Shown: one piece after another, positions 39,331-49,238 of the stretch
Position numbering within the stretch: the stretch's first letter is position 1
Layout of the letters: each line of letters starts with the position of its first letter
NCBI GenBank assembly: GCA_964354855.1
Contig: CAYHBO010000001.1
Location: 31,045-95,044, forward strand
Origin: an uncultured Pseudomonadota bacterium
Lineage (GTDB): Bacteria > Babelota > Babeliae > Babelales > RVW-14
Length of the DNA: 64,000 bases
Direction of reading: 5' to 3'
Program-made: the position numbers and the translations under genes
Notes under the pieces: model-generated
Told to the model about the DNA's origin: nothing
The model's input: only the letters and a program-made list of their open reading frames with translations
The model's database searches: none

Positions 39331-40620
39331 ATGAACGAACAAGGAAAGATTTCATTCTTTACGGCGGTTTTGATGAGCATCAATGTGATGATCGGTGTTG
39401 GTATTTATTTCAACTCACAGCTCATGGTACAAAAAGCCGGGGAGTGTAGTTTCCTTGGTTGGATTGCGGCAGCAGTTCTTTTACTTCCCGTTATTTGGGT
39501 TACCGCACTTGCCGCCCGTGTATTTCCAGGAGAAGGTGGTTTTTACAACTACGGAAAAAGTGGCATCAATGAATCGATTGGTTTTATCTCTATCTGGTCG
39601 TACCTTGTTGGTTATGTTGGCATGGTTTCAGCTCAAGTCCTTGCATTGACCGGTGTGGTTAAAACACAGTTCCCAGCTGTTGCTCACTTCCCCATTCTTT
39701 TCAATGTTTTATTTATTGTTGGACTAGCGCTATTCAGCATGCTCAGTATTGCCTGGGTAAGTCGCATCCAAGGAATTGCAACGATTCTCAAGTTGACCCC
39801 TATCATTCTGGTCATTGGGTTACTTTATTTTTACTGGGATCCACAAATTTCTTACGCCGCTTGTTCATATGCCGGGATTGGTTCTACGATTTCATATGCA
39901 TTGTTTGGATACTTCGGATTCGAAGCATGTAGTAACATCGGACAATACTTAAAAGGCGGACCTCAAACAGTTTTTAAAGTAATTTTAACCGCTTTTTTTA
40001 CAACAACGATACTTTACAGTTTATTTCATCTTGGTGTTATGCACATCATGGGAGCGCAAGATTTTGGCGCATCAGGAATTCAAGCGTTACCATTATTTCT
40101 CGGCATTAATTCAACCACAATGCTGGCATGGTTCAATATCATTTTTGGTTGGATTTTAATTTTAACTTACTCAAATGCCGTTTATGGAAACATGCTTTCT
40201 AACGTAACCAATCTCGCCAACATTGCAGAACGCAAGCTCATCTTTGGATCTTCAATATTAACCATATTGAATCGCTTCAGCCGTCCTGTTATGGCTGTAG
40301 TTGTACAATGTCTTGCAACTTTCTTAGTAATTACCTTTGTTCCAAACATCAAAGTAGTTGTTGAGTTGGCAAACTTAGCAGTAGTACTAACCTTAGTCTT
40401 AACAACACTAAGCGTTCTTTGTGCTCAACTTCGACAAAAAGCTTATATTGCAAGTGTTGTTACCGTCCTCAGTTTTGGATCATGTGGCGCTCTTGCTTAC
40501 TTCTGCTGGATGAATTTGAGTGATACAAATCCATTACGCATCATGTACGCGGGGATGTTGCTCGGCGTAATCGCTCTTGGTTATGCCATGTTTAAAGCAC
40601 TGCGTTGCTGTAAGGCTTAG
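39331..40620 (+). CDS. APC-superfamily amino acid permease
   Basis: 429 aa with about 12 predicted TM segments. The N-terminus FFTAVLMSINVMIGVGIY is typical of APC transporters. Confidence 0.75.
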   Translation: MNEQGKISFFTAVLMSINVMIGVGIYFNSQLMVQKAGECSFLGWIAAAVLLLPVIWVTALAARVFPGEGGFYNYGKSGINESIGFISIWSYLVGYVGMVSAQVLALTGVVKTQFPAVAHFPILFNVLFIVGLALFSMLSIAWVSRIQGIATILKLTPIILVIGLLYFYWDPQISYAACSYAGIGSTISYALFGYFGFEACSNIGQYLKGGPQTVFKVILTAFFTTTILYSLFHLGVMHIMGAQDFGASGIQALPLFLGINSTTMLAWFNIIFGWILILTYSNAVYGNMLSNVTNLANIAERKLIFGSSILTILNRFSRPVMAVVVQCLATFLVITFVPNIKVVVELANLAVVLTLVLTTLSVLCAQLRQKAYIASVVTVLSFGSCGALAYFCWMNLSDTNPLRIMYAGMLLGVIALGYAMFKALRCCKA

Positions 40621-40649
40621 TAACTTTAATAAAAATAGCTCTTATGTAG

Positions 40650-40683
40650 AAACCCCCGCAGATCTTAGATCAACGGGGGTTTT
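40650..40683. terminator. bidirectional rho-independent terminator hairpin
   Basis: aaacccccg-(15 nt)-cgggggttt lies between convergent genes and is flanked by A/T runs. Confidence 0.7.
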
Positions 40684-40713
40684 AAATTAGTTACAAGAAT
40701 TAAGTCTTCAAGG

Positions 40714-41781
40714 CTACCGTAATGGGGTAGGATCTTTTCTACATAAAGGGCACGTAGGATTACTCTTTAAGCAATCGTTAATACACTTTTTATGAAACTG
40801 ATTTTTGCAACAGTTAGTAAAGACAACATTCTTTACAAGCGACTCAAGACAAATAGGACATATATCACTTTCAGCCCCCGCAACAACCCCAGAAGAAGTA
40901 CCACTTTCTGCTTCTTGAGTAAGAGTAACAATAGCCGCTGTTAATTCAATAATCTTTTCGGAAAGTCGCGCTGAAGAGGAAAGAAGATTTTTATTCTCTT
41001 CTTTTTGTTTCTGAAGAACAGCTTTAACCTGATTGTATTTAGTAATTTTTGGTTCAAGAACTTTCTTTTTATATTCTTCATAACAAGATTGAAACTCATG
41101 ATGATTTCCTATTCTTTGAACACATTCTGCAACAGGAATAAAGGCATCTTCAAGTTTCTTTACCATAACAGCTATCTGTGGCTGTAAGCCTTCAATTTTA
41201 GTTTTAATTCCTTGCACATCAACCTTTGTTTCTACAAATTTAGCGGCAATTGAACCCTTGTTTTCCGACAACTGCTTCTTAAGTTCTTCGCTTATCTTTG
41301 ACGCTTGAACTCTTAATTTTTTCAAGTCTCTGTAGGCCACATAAAGAGAGGCTTCCCCTGGGTAGCTTTTTTTCGCATACGCCACCAAGTCTTCATTCTT
41401 TAATGGCAATTTTCCTGGAATAGATTCAACGAATTTTTTTGCATCATCAAGCTGTTTTGCAATATCATTATGCAAGGATTCAAACACACCACGCTCTTGA
41501 TTTTCTTTCCACTCAACTGTTTGAGGAAGTACCGCTAAACAGGTCAAGCCCCCAGCAAATAGCCCACAAATTGAAGCCCAAAGCATTTCTTTTGTGCCAA
41601 TAGTCTTCTCTTTTTTATATTTATCCCAAGCAAGCTTTCCACATAATCCCGCAAGCCCTACTCCGGCTGAAATACCAAATACTGCATTTTTACTTACATC
41701 TATACTTGGACTTGTTTGTCCTGCACAAGAAAGCATAAATAATAAAATAAGCGCTTTAATTCGTCTATAATTAAATAACAT
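40714..41781 (-). CDS. membrane-anchored coiled-coil protein with C-terminal RING-H2-like zinc finger
   Basis: Leader plus 2 TM segments and a long coiled-coil. The C-terminus CPICLESLVKNVVFTNCCKNQFHKKCINDCLKSNPTCPLCRK (about 40717-40860) matches the eukaryotic RING-H2 pattern C-x2-C...C-x-H-x-F-H-x2-C-I..W-L.....CP-x-CR. The H4 position is N, and an extra adjacent Cys is present. Confidence 0.75.
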   Translation of the reverse strand: MLFNYRRIKALILLFMLSCAGQTSPSIDVSKNAVFGISAGVGLAGLCGKLAWDKYKKEKTIGTKEMLWASICGLFAGGLTCLAVLPQTVEWKENQERGVFESLHNDIAKQLDDAKKFVESIPGKLPLKNEDLVAYAKKSYPGEASLYVAYRDLKKLRVQASKISEELKKQLSENKGSIAAKFVETKVDVQGIKTKIEGLQPQIAVMVKKLEDAFIPVAECVQRIGNHHEFQSCYEEYKKKVLEPKITKYNQVKAVLQKQKEENKNLLSSSARLSEKIIELTAAIVTLTQEAESGTSSGVVAGAESDICPICLESLVKNVVFTNCCKNQFHKKCINDCLKSNPTCPLCRKDPTPLR

Positions 41782-41824
41782 AATAAATCCCCTAAAAACC
41801 CACCAACCCTAGATACTATAATTC

Positions 41825-42712
41825 TTAACCAAATTTTAGTCTTAACTTATTTATATCTTCTTGTAGTTGTCTTATTTGTGCAAATTTAACCTTATCCTCA
41901 TCCCGAAGACGGGCATTTGTTTCAGTTATATTTTTAAGATCAGCTTCAAGCTCATCATACTTTGCTATTTTTTGCTCAAGCTCATGTTGCTCACAATGAA
42001 ATGCATAATATGAATGACCCTGTATTTCTTTTATACACGAAGTAACATCACCAATAACAGCATTAAGACTTGCTATCAAAGCCGGCAATTCTTTAACTAA
42101 AGCATCAATGCGCGACTTAAAGCCCTGAATGTTAAATTTTGAAGAAGTAAACTTAGGCATAATCGTCGCTGTTATTTCTTCCTGTTGTTTTACCAACGCA
42201 TCATGTATCTTTACCACTTGTTCTCTTAATGGATTCAAATTTTTATCAGCTAAACACAGCGACCATGATTCTTTATAAACTCTAGCAGCATAAGCTCGAA
42301 TATCTTCTTTAACTCTTGGTAGCTTTGCTCGTATATTTTGAGTAAGAAGTTTTGCCTCTTCAAGTTTTTTTTCACCAGAACTACAAAAGCTCTCAAAAAG
42401 CTCTTGCTCTTTTTGTTCTTGCCATTCAACAGATTGCGGCAATAAAACGGCACAGGTAATACCCCCTAAAAACAAGCCACAGAAAGAACCCCACAGCATT
42501 TCTTTCATGCCAATAGTTTTACTATTTTTAAACTTATCCCAAGCAAGTTTCCCACATAGCCCTAAAAAGCCTGCTCCAGCGGAAATACCAAATGCCGTAT
42601 TTTTAGTTAAACCAGCCATTAAACCATTTTCTGATTCCGACCTTATCTGGCTAGCTAAAGAAAGCACGAGCATCAAAACAACAGCTTTAATTAGTTTATG
42701 ATTGAATAACAT
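41825..42712 (-). CDS. RING-less paralog of the 40714-41781 protein
   Basis: The N-terminal roughly 120 aa and the 5' UTR are nearly collinear with the neighbour (MLFNHKLIKAV... versus MLFNYRRIKAL...). It ends in coiled-coil with no zinc finger. The ORF-track extension to 42778 reads through a PE2 repeat. Confidence 0.6.
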   Translation of the reverse strand: MLFNHKLIKAVVLMLVLSLASQIRSESENGLMAGLTKNTAFGISAGAGFLGLCGKLAWDKFKNSKTIGMKEMLWGSFCGLFLGGITCAVLLPQSVEWQEQKEQELFESFCSSGEKKLEEAKLLTQNIRAKLPRVKEDIRAYAARVYKESWSLCLADKNLNPLREQVVKIHDALVKQQEEITATIMPKFTSSKFNIQGFKSRIDALVKELPALIASLNAVIGDVTSCIKEIQGHSYYAFHCEQHELEQKIAKYDELEADLKNITETNARLRDEDKVKFAQIRQLQEDINKLRLKFG

Positions 42713-42749
42713 AATAAATCTCCTAAAAAATCCCACCAACCCTAAATGT

Positions 42750-42787
42750 CGCTCGTCCTGAGGAGCCCGTAAAGGCATCTCGAAGGA
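42750..42787 (+). repeat. PE2 element (right module), in the 5' leader region of the RING-less paralog (opposite strand)
   Basis: GCTCGTCCTGAGGAGCCCGTAAAGGCATCTCGAAGGAT. Confidence 0.8.
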
Positions 42788-42895
42788 TCAACATTATTAA
42801 CCATATCATTCAGATTGAATTAATAACTTTATAAGCCATACCGAAAGACTAAAGCATTAAACCGTGAAGGTCAAACGCCCCTCTGGGTAGATATG

Positions 42896-43888
42896 TCAGG
42901 TTGAAAATATAATTAAGGACCATAAGATAAAAAAGGCCACAGAAAGCGTTATTAGGGAATAAATCAATAGGAACCCGGTTAAATAAGCCATTGATGCGGC
43001 AAAAATTAATAAACTTACACAGGCAACAAATATAAGGATTTTAACCTTAGACCACCCCTTTTTCATTAAATAAATAGAAAAGTGATGAGGGCTACCCTTG
43101 TAAAAGGGTATACCAAGCCACGTACGAATAACCACAAGATAAAAGAGCTCTAATAAGGGAATAGCAAAGATAACGGGAGCAGCGTAGTATGCATCAAATG
43201 ACTGAGAGCTCCAGGATAATAATAATGGCACTGCTGACAAGAACCCACCAACAAACAAAGCCCCTGCATCTCCTAAATAAATCTTTGCCGGGGGTTTATT
43301 GTGCAGAAAGAATGCCAGGATTGACCCCATAAACGCCAAGAGAAGTAAACTAATATCATACTGCTGGAAAAAAAGCGCCATAAAAAAGAATGAACCTGCA
43401 ACAATAAGCGCCACCAAAGAAGACAGCCCATCCATTACATCAATCAAATTAAAGGCATTAATAATAGAAAGCATCCAAAGTCCGGATAAAAAGAAATTAA
43501 AGAAAGAAGAAAAGAAGGCCGTTTTAAGCCAAAATCCACCTTTTAAAAAGCAGAGCACCGCAAATAGCTGCCCTGCAAATTTCTGACCAGGCTTTAACAC
43601 GGCTAAATCATCAATCAATCCCACAAACAAAAGAATAGTTGAGCCGAGGAGTAACCATAAAACCATATTCTTAAATGGGTAGAAAAGTGCCAGAGTCATA
43701 ATAAAAACGCCATAAACCGCAACACCTCCAAGGTACGGAATAGGCGCTTCATGAGTTTTAATAGAACCATCAGGACGATCTAAAATACGTAAACGATATG
43801 CAGCACGAGCGATCATGGGAACCAAAGAATACCCAAGCAGCAAAGAAACCATAAATACCAATATATGACGAATAATAATTTCATACAT
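42896..43888 (-). CDS. polyprenyl-phosphate HexNAc-1-phosphate transferase (MraY/WecA family, GT4)
   Basis: Polytopic. GLIDDL, NLIDVMDGL, YLGDAGALFVGGFLS. Confidence 0.8.
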   Translation of the reverse strand: MYEIIIRHILVFMVSLLLGYSLVPMIARAAYRLRILDRPDGSIKTHEAPIPYLGGVAVYGVFIMTLALFYPFKNMVLWLLLGSTILLFVGLIDDLAVLKPGQKFAGQLFAVLCFLKGGFWLKTAFFSSFFNFFLSGLWMLSIINAFNLIDVMDGLSSLVALIVAGSFFFMALFFQQYDISLLLLAFMGSILAFFLHNKPPAKIYLGDAGALFVGGFLSAVPLLLSWSSQSFDAYYAAPVIFAIPLLELFYLVVIRTWLGIPFYKGSPHHFSIYLMKKGWSKVKILIFVACVSLLIFAASMAYLTGFLLIYSLITLSVAFFILWSLIIFST

Positions 43889-43909
43889 GTTAAACTGCTC
43901 CCTTTTTGC

Positions 43910-45043
43910 TTATAGCCCCGCCCCATTCACAAGTGCCATAAAAAAACTCAGCTCTTCTTGAGATAAAAACGCAAATTCTACCCGTAAAATATACCAGGAA
44001 ACCTTATCATGTAACTGATTAGAGCTCAATAACGGCTTAATTTTCACCCAGTCTTTTTCAGTAGTAATTACCTGCTGTAAACCAAAATCACGCATTGACT
44101 TTATGATTGCAGCGATATCATCAAGAGAGTAATTATGGTGATCTTCAAATCTTGCTTGAGCCCCAACAACAACCCCTACTTGCTTTACACTTGCTACAAA
44201 GCCATTCCATGACCCAATACCTGCACAAATAAAAAATGGTGCTTGTAACGTAGAGCCCGCTACGCGTTCATAATTTTCAAAAAATAAGCCAGAAACGTGA
44301 TGATTTCCGGTAAACACAGGGACGTTCGCGCGAACCGTTTTTTTAAGATCATTCTTAATCACTTGCAAGGCTCTTAAATTCACCTGATCAGCATGAGTCA
44401 GAACAATAACATCTGCGCGTGTAATATCTTTTTCTCGCAATCTTCCAGCAGGAACACAATGCCCGTTTTCAAATGGATAGCGCGCATCAAGCAAAAGTAT
44501 TTCAAGATTTTTATAGAGCGAATGGTGCTGATATGCATCATCAAGAATAATTGCAACGATATTTTCATGTGATTGTTTAAGGTGCTGTTCAAGCAACTTA
44601 CATGACGCAGCCCGATCTTTACCAATAACAACAGGGCCCTTAAGTGCTTGTGCCAACATAAACGCCTCATCACCACTTGTTACTACATCAACAAACACCG
44701 TACGCCCATCACTAACCATAAGACTTCCCTTGGTAGTGCCCCCATACCCTCGCAATAAGACAGCAGGGTTTCCAGGGCAAATGGTCATCAAAAATTGAAC
44801 AAAGACCGATTTTCCAGTTCCACCAAGCGAAATATTTCCAACCGATATTACCGGCCAAGGGGCCCGATATGGTTTACGTAGTAACTTAAAGCGATTAATG
44901 ACATAAAAGAAGAGGCAATATAACGTTTCTAAGAAAAAAAGTAAGAACCATAGAAGTTTTTCTACGATTCTTACTTTTTTATGATCTCGTGTTTTATTCC
45001 AAAAATGTTGTAGCCATGCGCTAATGTTTTGTACGATCTTCAC
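43910..45043 (-). CDS. lpxK: tetraacyldisaccharide 4'-kinase
   Basis: N-terminal TM segment, P-loop GNISLGGTGKS, DDAYQH, TTEKD. Confidence 0.85.
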   Translation of the reverse strand: MKIVQNISAWLQHFWNKTRDHKKVRIVEKLLWFLLFFLETLYCLFFYVINRFKLLRKPYRAPWPVISVGNISLGGTGKSVFVQFLMTICPGNPAVLLRGYGGTTKGSLMVSDGRTVFVDVVTSGDEAFMLAQALKGPVVIGKDRAASCKLLEQHLKQSHENIVAIILDDAYQHHSLYKNLEILLLDARYPFENGHCVPAGRLREKDITRADVIVLTHADQVNLRALQVIKNDLKKTVRANVPVFTGNHHVSGLFFENYERVAGSTLQAPFFICAGIGSWNGFVASVKQVGVVVGAQARFEDHHNYSLDDIAAIIKSMRDFGLQQVITTEKDWVKIKPLLSSNQLHDKVSWYILRVEFAFLSQEELSFFMALVNGAGL

Positions 45044-45045
45044 AA

Positions 45046-47391
45046 TTAGTCGTTAACTTCAACCTCGGTGAAACACTGTACAATGTCATCTTCTTGCCAT
45101 TCATGGAAAACATCTGAGGAGAATGCAAATTCGAATCCGGTATGAATTTCTTTAACCGACTTACGATCACGCTGCAAGCTAGTAATTTTGCCTTCGCCAA
45201 CTTTTCTGCTATCGCGCATACAAATAACTTTACTTGTACGAGAGCAGATCCCTTCGCGAAGATAACAACCAGCAATAATACCAATTCCTTTGATATCAAA
45301 TACTTTTCTTACAACAGCTTCCCCGGTTTTTTTCCAAACTTTTTTAATTACTTTTTTAGCATCTAGTGATTTTTCAATATATTCAATCAACTCATAAATG
45401 ATACCGTATAACTCAATAATAACGCGCTTTTCTTTTGCAATTAACATCGCGTTCTTTTCAGCTTTAACACTAAACCCAATAATCTCAGCCCCGATACCAG
45501 CAGCAAAATCTATATCATTTTCAGTAATATCGCCAATAGTACTTGAAGCAATAACGATTGAACAGCCTATATCTTTTTTAGCTTTTGAAAGTTTTTCTAT
45601 GGAATTAAGAATCGCTTCAAGAGAGCCTCGTGTATCTGCTTTGATCATGAGAGTGATTTGATTTTTGGTCAGCGCAAATGGATCTTGTTGTTGCAAGAAC
45701 CCTGTTGCGCTACTCTTATCATCACGTTTTCCAGCACGAGCCTTTAAATAAACATCAACTGGAACTACAGTAAGCCAATCACTCATTGCATTACTACCAT
45801 TAAATCCTACGATATTGATCGGAGTTGATGGGCCTGCGACTTCTAAGCGTTTACCAAAAGGATCAATTAACAACCGAACCTTTCCAACCGCGTCACCACA
45901 GATAAAGTAATCACCAACCTTAATGGTTCCTTCTGTACAAATTGCCGTAGCAACTGGACCATACCCTTTATCAAGGCGAGACTCTACAATAAATGCCTTA
46001 CCCGGCTCTTCAGCATGACCTTTAAGTTCCATCATTTGAGCTTGAAGTGTAATCATATCAAGCAGATTTTCAACACCTTCACCGGTTTTAGCAGAAACTG
46101 GAGCGAAAATAACATCGCCACCCCAATCTTCAGACATTAAATTTTGTTGAGCAAGTTGACGTTTGATTGTTTCCAATCCGGTCATCGAGCCAAGCTTATC
46201 AATCTTATTAATAGCAACGATAATTGGAACTTTTGCTTCTTGTGCGTGCTTAATTGCTTCTATAGTTTGCGGCATAACACCATCATCAGCAGCAACGACA
46301 AGAACAACTATATCAGTAACACGTGCACCACGCTTACGCAAGTAAGAAAAGGCTTCATGTCCAGGAGTATCAAGAAAAACTATTTTGCCACGAGAACTCT
46401 CAACTTGATAAACACTAATATGTTGAGTAATGCCACCTTTTTCTCGTGCAGCAACTTTGGTCTTTAAAATATAATCGAGAAGAGATGTTTTTCCATGATC
46501 AACGTGACCCATGATTACAACAACCGGCCAACGATATTTTCCACCGTCTACCGTAAGATCTTTTTTGGATAATTCTGTTTTCGCTACAACAGGAGCATTT
46601 GAGAAAGTAATCTCAAACTGTTGCGCCAAATTTTTGATAATATCAGTCGATAGAATTTGATTTTTATTACAAACTTTTCCTTGTTTCAACAAGGTAGAGA
46701 TTAATTCTGAGGCTGGCTTTCCCATAAGTTCTGCAATTTCAAACAACGGCCGCTCTTTATCTATAACCATTTCGGTAACTGCAATTAACTCAGTAACCTG
46801 TTCTTGTTGTGTGCGTCTTTTTCTTCTTCTTGAAGAGCGTCTTTTTGGTTTAGATATCGCAAAGCGACGAGCGAATTTATCTTCTCCCTTAAGCCCTAAA
46901 ACTTTCCCGCCTTCTGAAACAGCTTCTTCAACGACTTCACGTAATATCGCCTCTTCTTCTTTAGTTACGGCACGAAGCTCAGTTGCTTTTCTTCTAGGTT
47001 CCTCATAAAACATATCACTCTGCGACTCATAAGAACGAGGCGTTTCAGCACGAGGAGCCTGTTGTAATTTTTCCAATTTTTCCACTTCTTGATTAGGAGT
47101 TGTTTTCTGATGTTCTTTTAAAGCAGTTTTTGAAGAAGCCACCGGTTTAGCAAAGGGGACAACATTTTTATTCACCGAAGTTTCTTTTTTTTGATTTTCT
47201 TTAGTGACATTCTTTTCAGGGACTTCTGGAGACACGCTTTTGCTAAATTTTTTACGTGCAAGTTCACAATCTTGGTCAGATAACATAGACATATGACTTG
47301 ATGCATCTACCCTTGCATCTTGAAAAAAAGCCAATAAATCTTTGCTTGAAAGACCTAATTCTTTAGCCAACACATAAACACGCGTATCCAC
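45046..47391 (-). CDS. infB: translation initiation factor IF-2
   Basis: GTPase motifs [26 protein letters not shown]-2 domain order. Confidence 0.95.
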   Translation of the reverse strand: MDTRVYVLAKELGLSSKDLLAFFQDARVDASSHMSMLSDQDCELARKKFSKSVSPEVPEKNVTKENQKKETSVNKNVVPFAKPVASSKTALKEHQKTTPNQEVEKLEKLQQAPRAETPRSYESQSDMFYEEPRRKATELRAVTKEEEAILREVVEEAVSEGGKVLGLKGEDKFARRFAISKPKRRSSRRRKRRTQQEQVTELIAVTEMVIDKERPLFEIAELMGKPASELISTLLKQGKVCNKNQILSTDIIKNLAQQFEITFSNAPVVAKTELSKKDLTVDGGKYRWPVVVIMGHVDHGKTSLLDYILKTKVAAREKGGITQHISVYQVESSRGKIVFLDTPGHEAFSYLRKRGARVTDIVVLVVAADDGVMPQTIEAIKHAQEAKVPIIVAINKIDKLGSMTGLETIKRQLAQQNLMSEDWGGDVIFAPVSAKTGEGVENLLDMITLQAQMMELKGHAEEPGKAFIVESRLDKGYGPVATAICTEGTIKVGDYFICGDAVGKVRLLIDPFGKRLEVAGPSTPINIVGFNGSNAMSDWLTVVPVDVYLKARAGKRDDKSSATGFLQQQDPFALTKNQITLMIKADTRGSLEAILNSIEKLSKAKKDIGCSIVIASSTIGDITENDIDFAAGIGAEIIGFSVKAEKNAMLIAKEKRVIIELYGIIYELIEYIEKSLDAKKVIKKVWKKTGEAVVRKVFDIKGIGIIAGCYLREGICSRTSKVICMRDSRKVGEGKITSLQRDRKSVKEIHTGFEFAFSSDVFHEWQEDDIVQCFTEVEVND

Positions 47392-47418
47392 AATTCATAT
47401 CTTTCATTAAAACTAATT

Positions 47419-48564
47419 TTATTCTAAATCTTCATTACTTTTATCATCAAGAATGGTATCAGTATCCAAGAAACTATTATTAATACTTTCCCGATCTATA
47501 GCACTAAGAGAACCTTCTTCAGCTCTTTGTCCAACAACATCTTGTAATTGAATTTCAACTCCCACAAGTTTAGCTGCCAAGGAAATATTTTGTCCCATTT
47601 TTCCAATGGCAATTGAGCGTTGATCTTGTGCCAACCAAACAATGGCTCTGCCATCTTCAGTAATTTCAACATTATCAATTTCAGCAGGCTTAAGACTTTG
47701 AGCAACTAATTTTTCAAAATCTTCTGTCCATTCAATTAAATCAATTTTTTCCTGGCCAAGCTCACGAAGTATCGGTTTAATACGAGCTCCACCAACTCCA
47801 ACACAGGTTCCAACAGGATCAATTTCTTTTGAACTAGATGCAACAACCGCTTTGGTTTTGTATCCAGCAATGCGTACTATTTTTTTTACCTCAACGGTAC
47901 CTTCATAAACTTCTGGAATTTCTAACTCAATTAATTTTTTAACAAATTCAGCGGAAGATCTGTCAAGAATAAGTTGATAATCTCCACGTGCAACTGACAA
48001 TACTTCTTTAAGTAAGGCTTTAATTTGGAACCCTACACGAAACTGTTCTGCTTGGGCTGATTTATCAACAGGAAGAATTGCTAAGACTTCTCCAATCTTA
48101 ACCACAAGTCCTGCGTGCTCTTTTTTATGAGCAACCCCAGTAACAATAGAGCCTTTTTTATCTTTAAATTCGTTACAGATGGCCATTTGCTCAAGTTCTC
48201 TGATCTTGGTTGCAATAATATTTTTTGCCGCAAGTATTTCTATGCGTCCAATAACTCCATCAAAGGGAACTAATATAATATCATCCAATTTTGCAGTAGC
48301 ATTAATGGCCTTTGCTTTACGAGGTGTAATCTCAATATCTTCATCTTCAACAACGGAAACTATTGTTTTTTCCGCAAGAATTTCCATATCGCCAACTTTT
48401 TTATTAAGCGATACGCTGAATTTTACGTGAGGATATTTCTTTTCATAAGCGGCTAAGATTCCGTCACAAACAATCTCTGAGACTTGCTCTCGATTAAGGC
48501 CACGTTCTTCGATTAGGCTATCAATTACTTCGGTTAGCTTCACAAGCCATCCTTTTTTTAACAT
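47419..48564 (-). CDS. nusA: transcription termination/antitermination factor NusA
   Basis: NusA N-domain, S1 and two KH modules (GPVGTCVGVGGARI-like, IAIGKMGQNISLAAKL). Lies upstream of infB. Confidence 0.95.
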   Translation of the reverse strand: MLKKGWLVKLTEVIDSLIEERGLNREQVSEIVCDGILAAYEKKYPHVKFSVSLNKKVGDMEILAEKTIVSVVEDEDIEITPRKAKAINATAKLDDIILVPFDGVIGRIEILAAKNIIATKIRELEQMAICNEFKDKKGSIVTGVAHKKEHAGLVVKIGEVLAILPVDKSAQAEQFRVGFQIKALLKEVLSVARGDYQLILDRSSAEFVKKLIELEIPEVYEGTVEVKKIVRIAGYKTKAVVASSSKEIDPVGTCVGVGGARIKPILRELGQEKIDLIEWTEDFEKLVAQSLKPAEIDNVEITEDGRAIVWLAQDQRSIAIGKMGQNISLAAKLVGVEIQLQDVVGQRAEEGSLSAIDRESINNSFLDTDTILDDKSNEDLE

Positions 48565-48846
48565 TCATTTAACTTAAGATCTTTTTCTTGGAGATATAAA
48601 AAAAGAATTATCAACAACCCACGTAGTCTATCGGAACTTTTCCAAAAAGTGAAGGCATACCGAGTACGCTTTAAGACATTTCTCATTTTTAATCTTTTCT
48701 TATTGAAAAAAAACTTTTTCTCTCCTTCTTCTTAAATATAAATATTTATATTTAGTAGTAGTAGTAGGCTCGGCGAAAATTGTTGATAACTCAAAAAAAA
48801 ATCAAAATTATATCGTTCTATAACGCGTTATCAACCGGTTTTGAAT

Positions 48847-48901
48847 TGTTGATAACTTGTGGATAACTTGTTGATAACTTGTGGATAACTTGTTGATAAC
48901 T
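48847..48901 (-). repeat. five tandem 11-bp units TTGT[T/G]GATAAC (DnaA-box-like, complementary orientation)
   Basis: Read directly. Units at 48847, 48858, 48869, 48880 and 48891, alternating the TGTTGATAA and TGTGGATAA forms. Confidence 0.9.
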
Positions 48902-48997
48902 TTTTAAGTCTTTCATTTAATCGTGCTATAAGCCTTATTCAATGGATAATTCTCTATAATAACTACCCAATAGACCTTTTCATGACAAGAAAAAAAG

Positions 48998-49042
48998 TTA
49001 TCAACAAGTTATCCACAAGTTATCAACATAGTTATCAACAAT
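48998..49042 (+). repeat. four 11-bp units GTTATC[A/C]ACAA, inverted relative to 48847-48901
   Basis: Read directly. Units at 48998, 49009 (perfect TTATCCACA), 49020 and 49032. Confidence 0.9.
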
Positions 49043-49238
49043 GAAATTTTCCCTATTTATTTCAACCTGAAACATTTAAAGATTAGATGTAATTTTTATT
49101 ATCTGAAGTTAAAAAGTTATTTATAATGGCTTATAAGTCATTAATTTCTATTAGTATATTGATCAAGGGTGGATAAATGTCCTAGGATGGTGAAGATAAG
49201 CAATTGGGCTTAAAAACGAATTATCCTAGGGGGATGCA

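Larger units (their letters stand above)
48600..49060. other. putative chromosomal replication origin (DnaA-box cluster plus AT-rich tract)
   Basis: Three perfect TTATCCACA boxes and at least 8 TTATCAACA variants on both strands. An AT-rich run lies at 48733-48755. The region sits in a 674-bp intergenic gap at a switch from minus-strand to mainly plus-strand genes. Confidence 0.6.

Noticed and set aside
42713-42778. N-terminal extension MPLRAPQDERHLGLVGFFRRFI of the RING-less paralog in the ORF track
   Set aside because: The extension is translated PE2 repeat plus the conserved 5' UTR shared with the neighbouring paralog. The paralog alignment supports the internal ATG at 42712.
45142-46467. 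Several 60-107 aa plus-strand ORFs inside infB (and similar ones inside nusA, ppsA, pilB, pilQ)
   Set aside because: They are antisense to highly conserved genes and have low-complexity composition. They are typical spurious ORFs in AT-rich DNA.
48847-49042. The short tandem repeats could be a CRISPR array or plasmid-type iterons
   Set aside because: The period is only 11 bp with no spacers, and no cas or rep genes are nearby. The units contain the canonical DnaA box, so an origin or DnaA-binding interpretation fits better.
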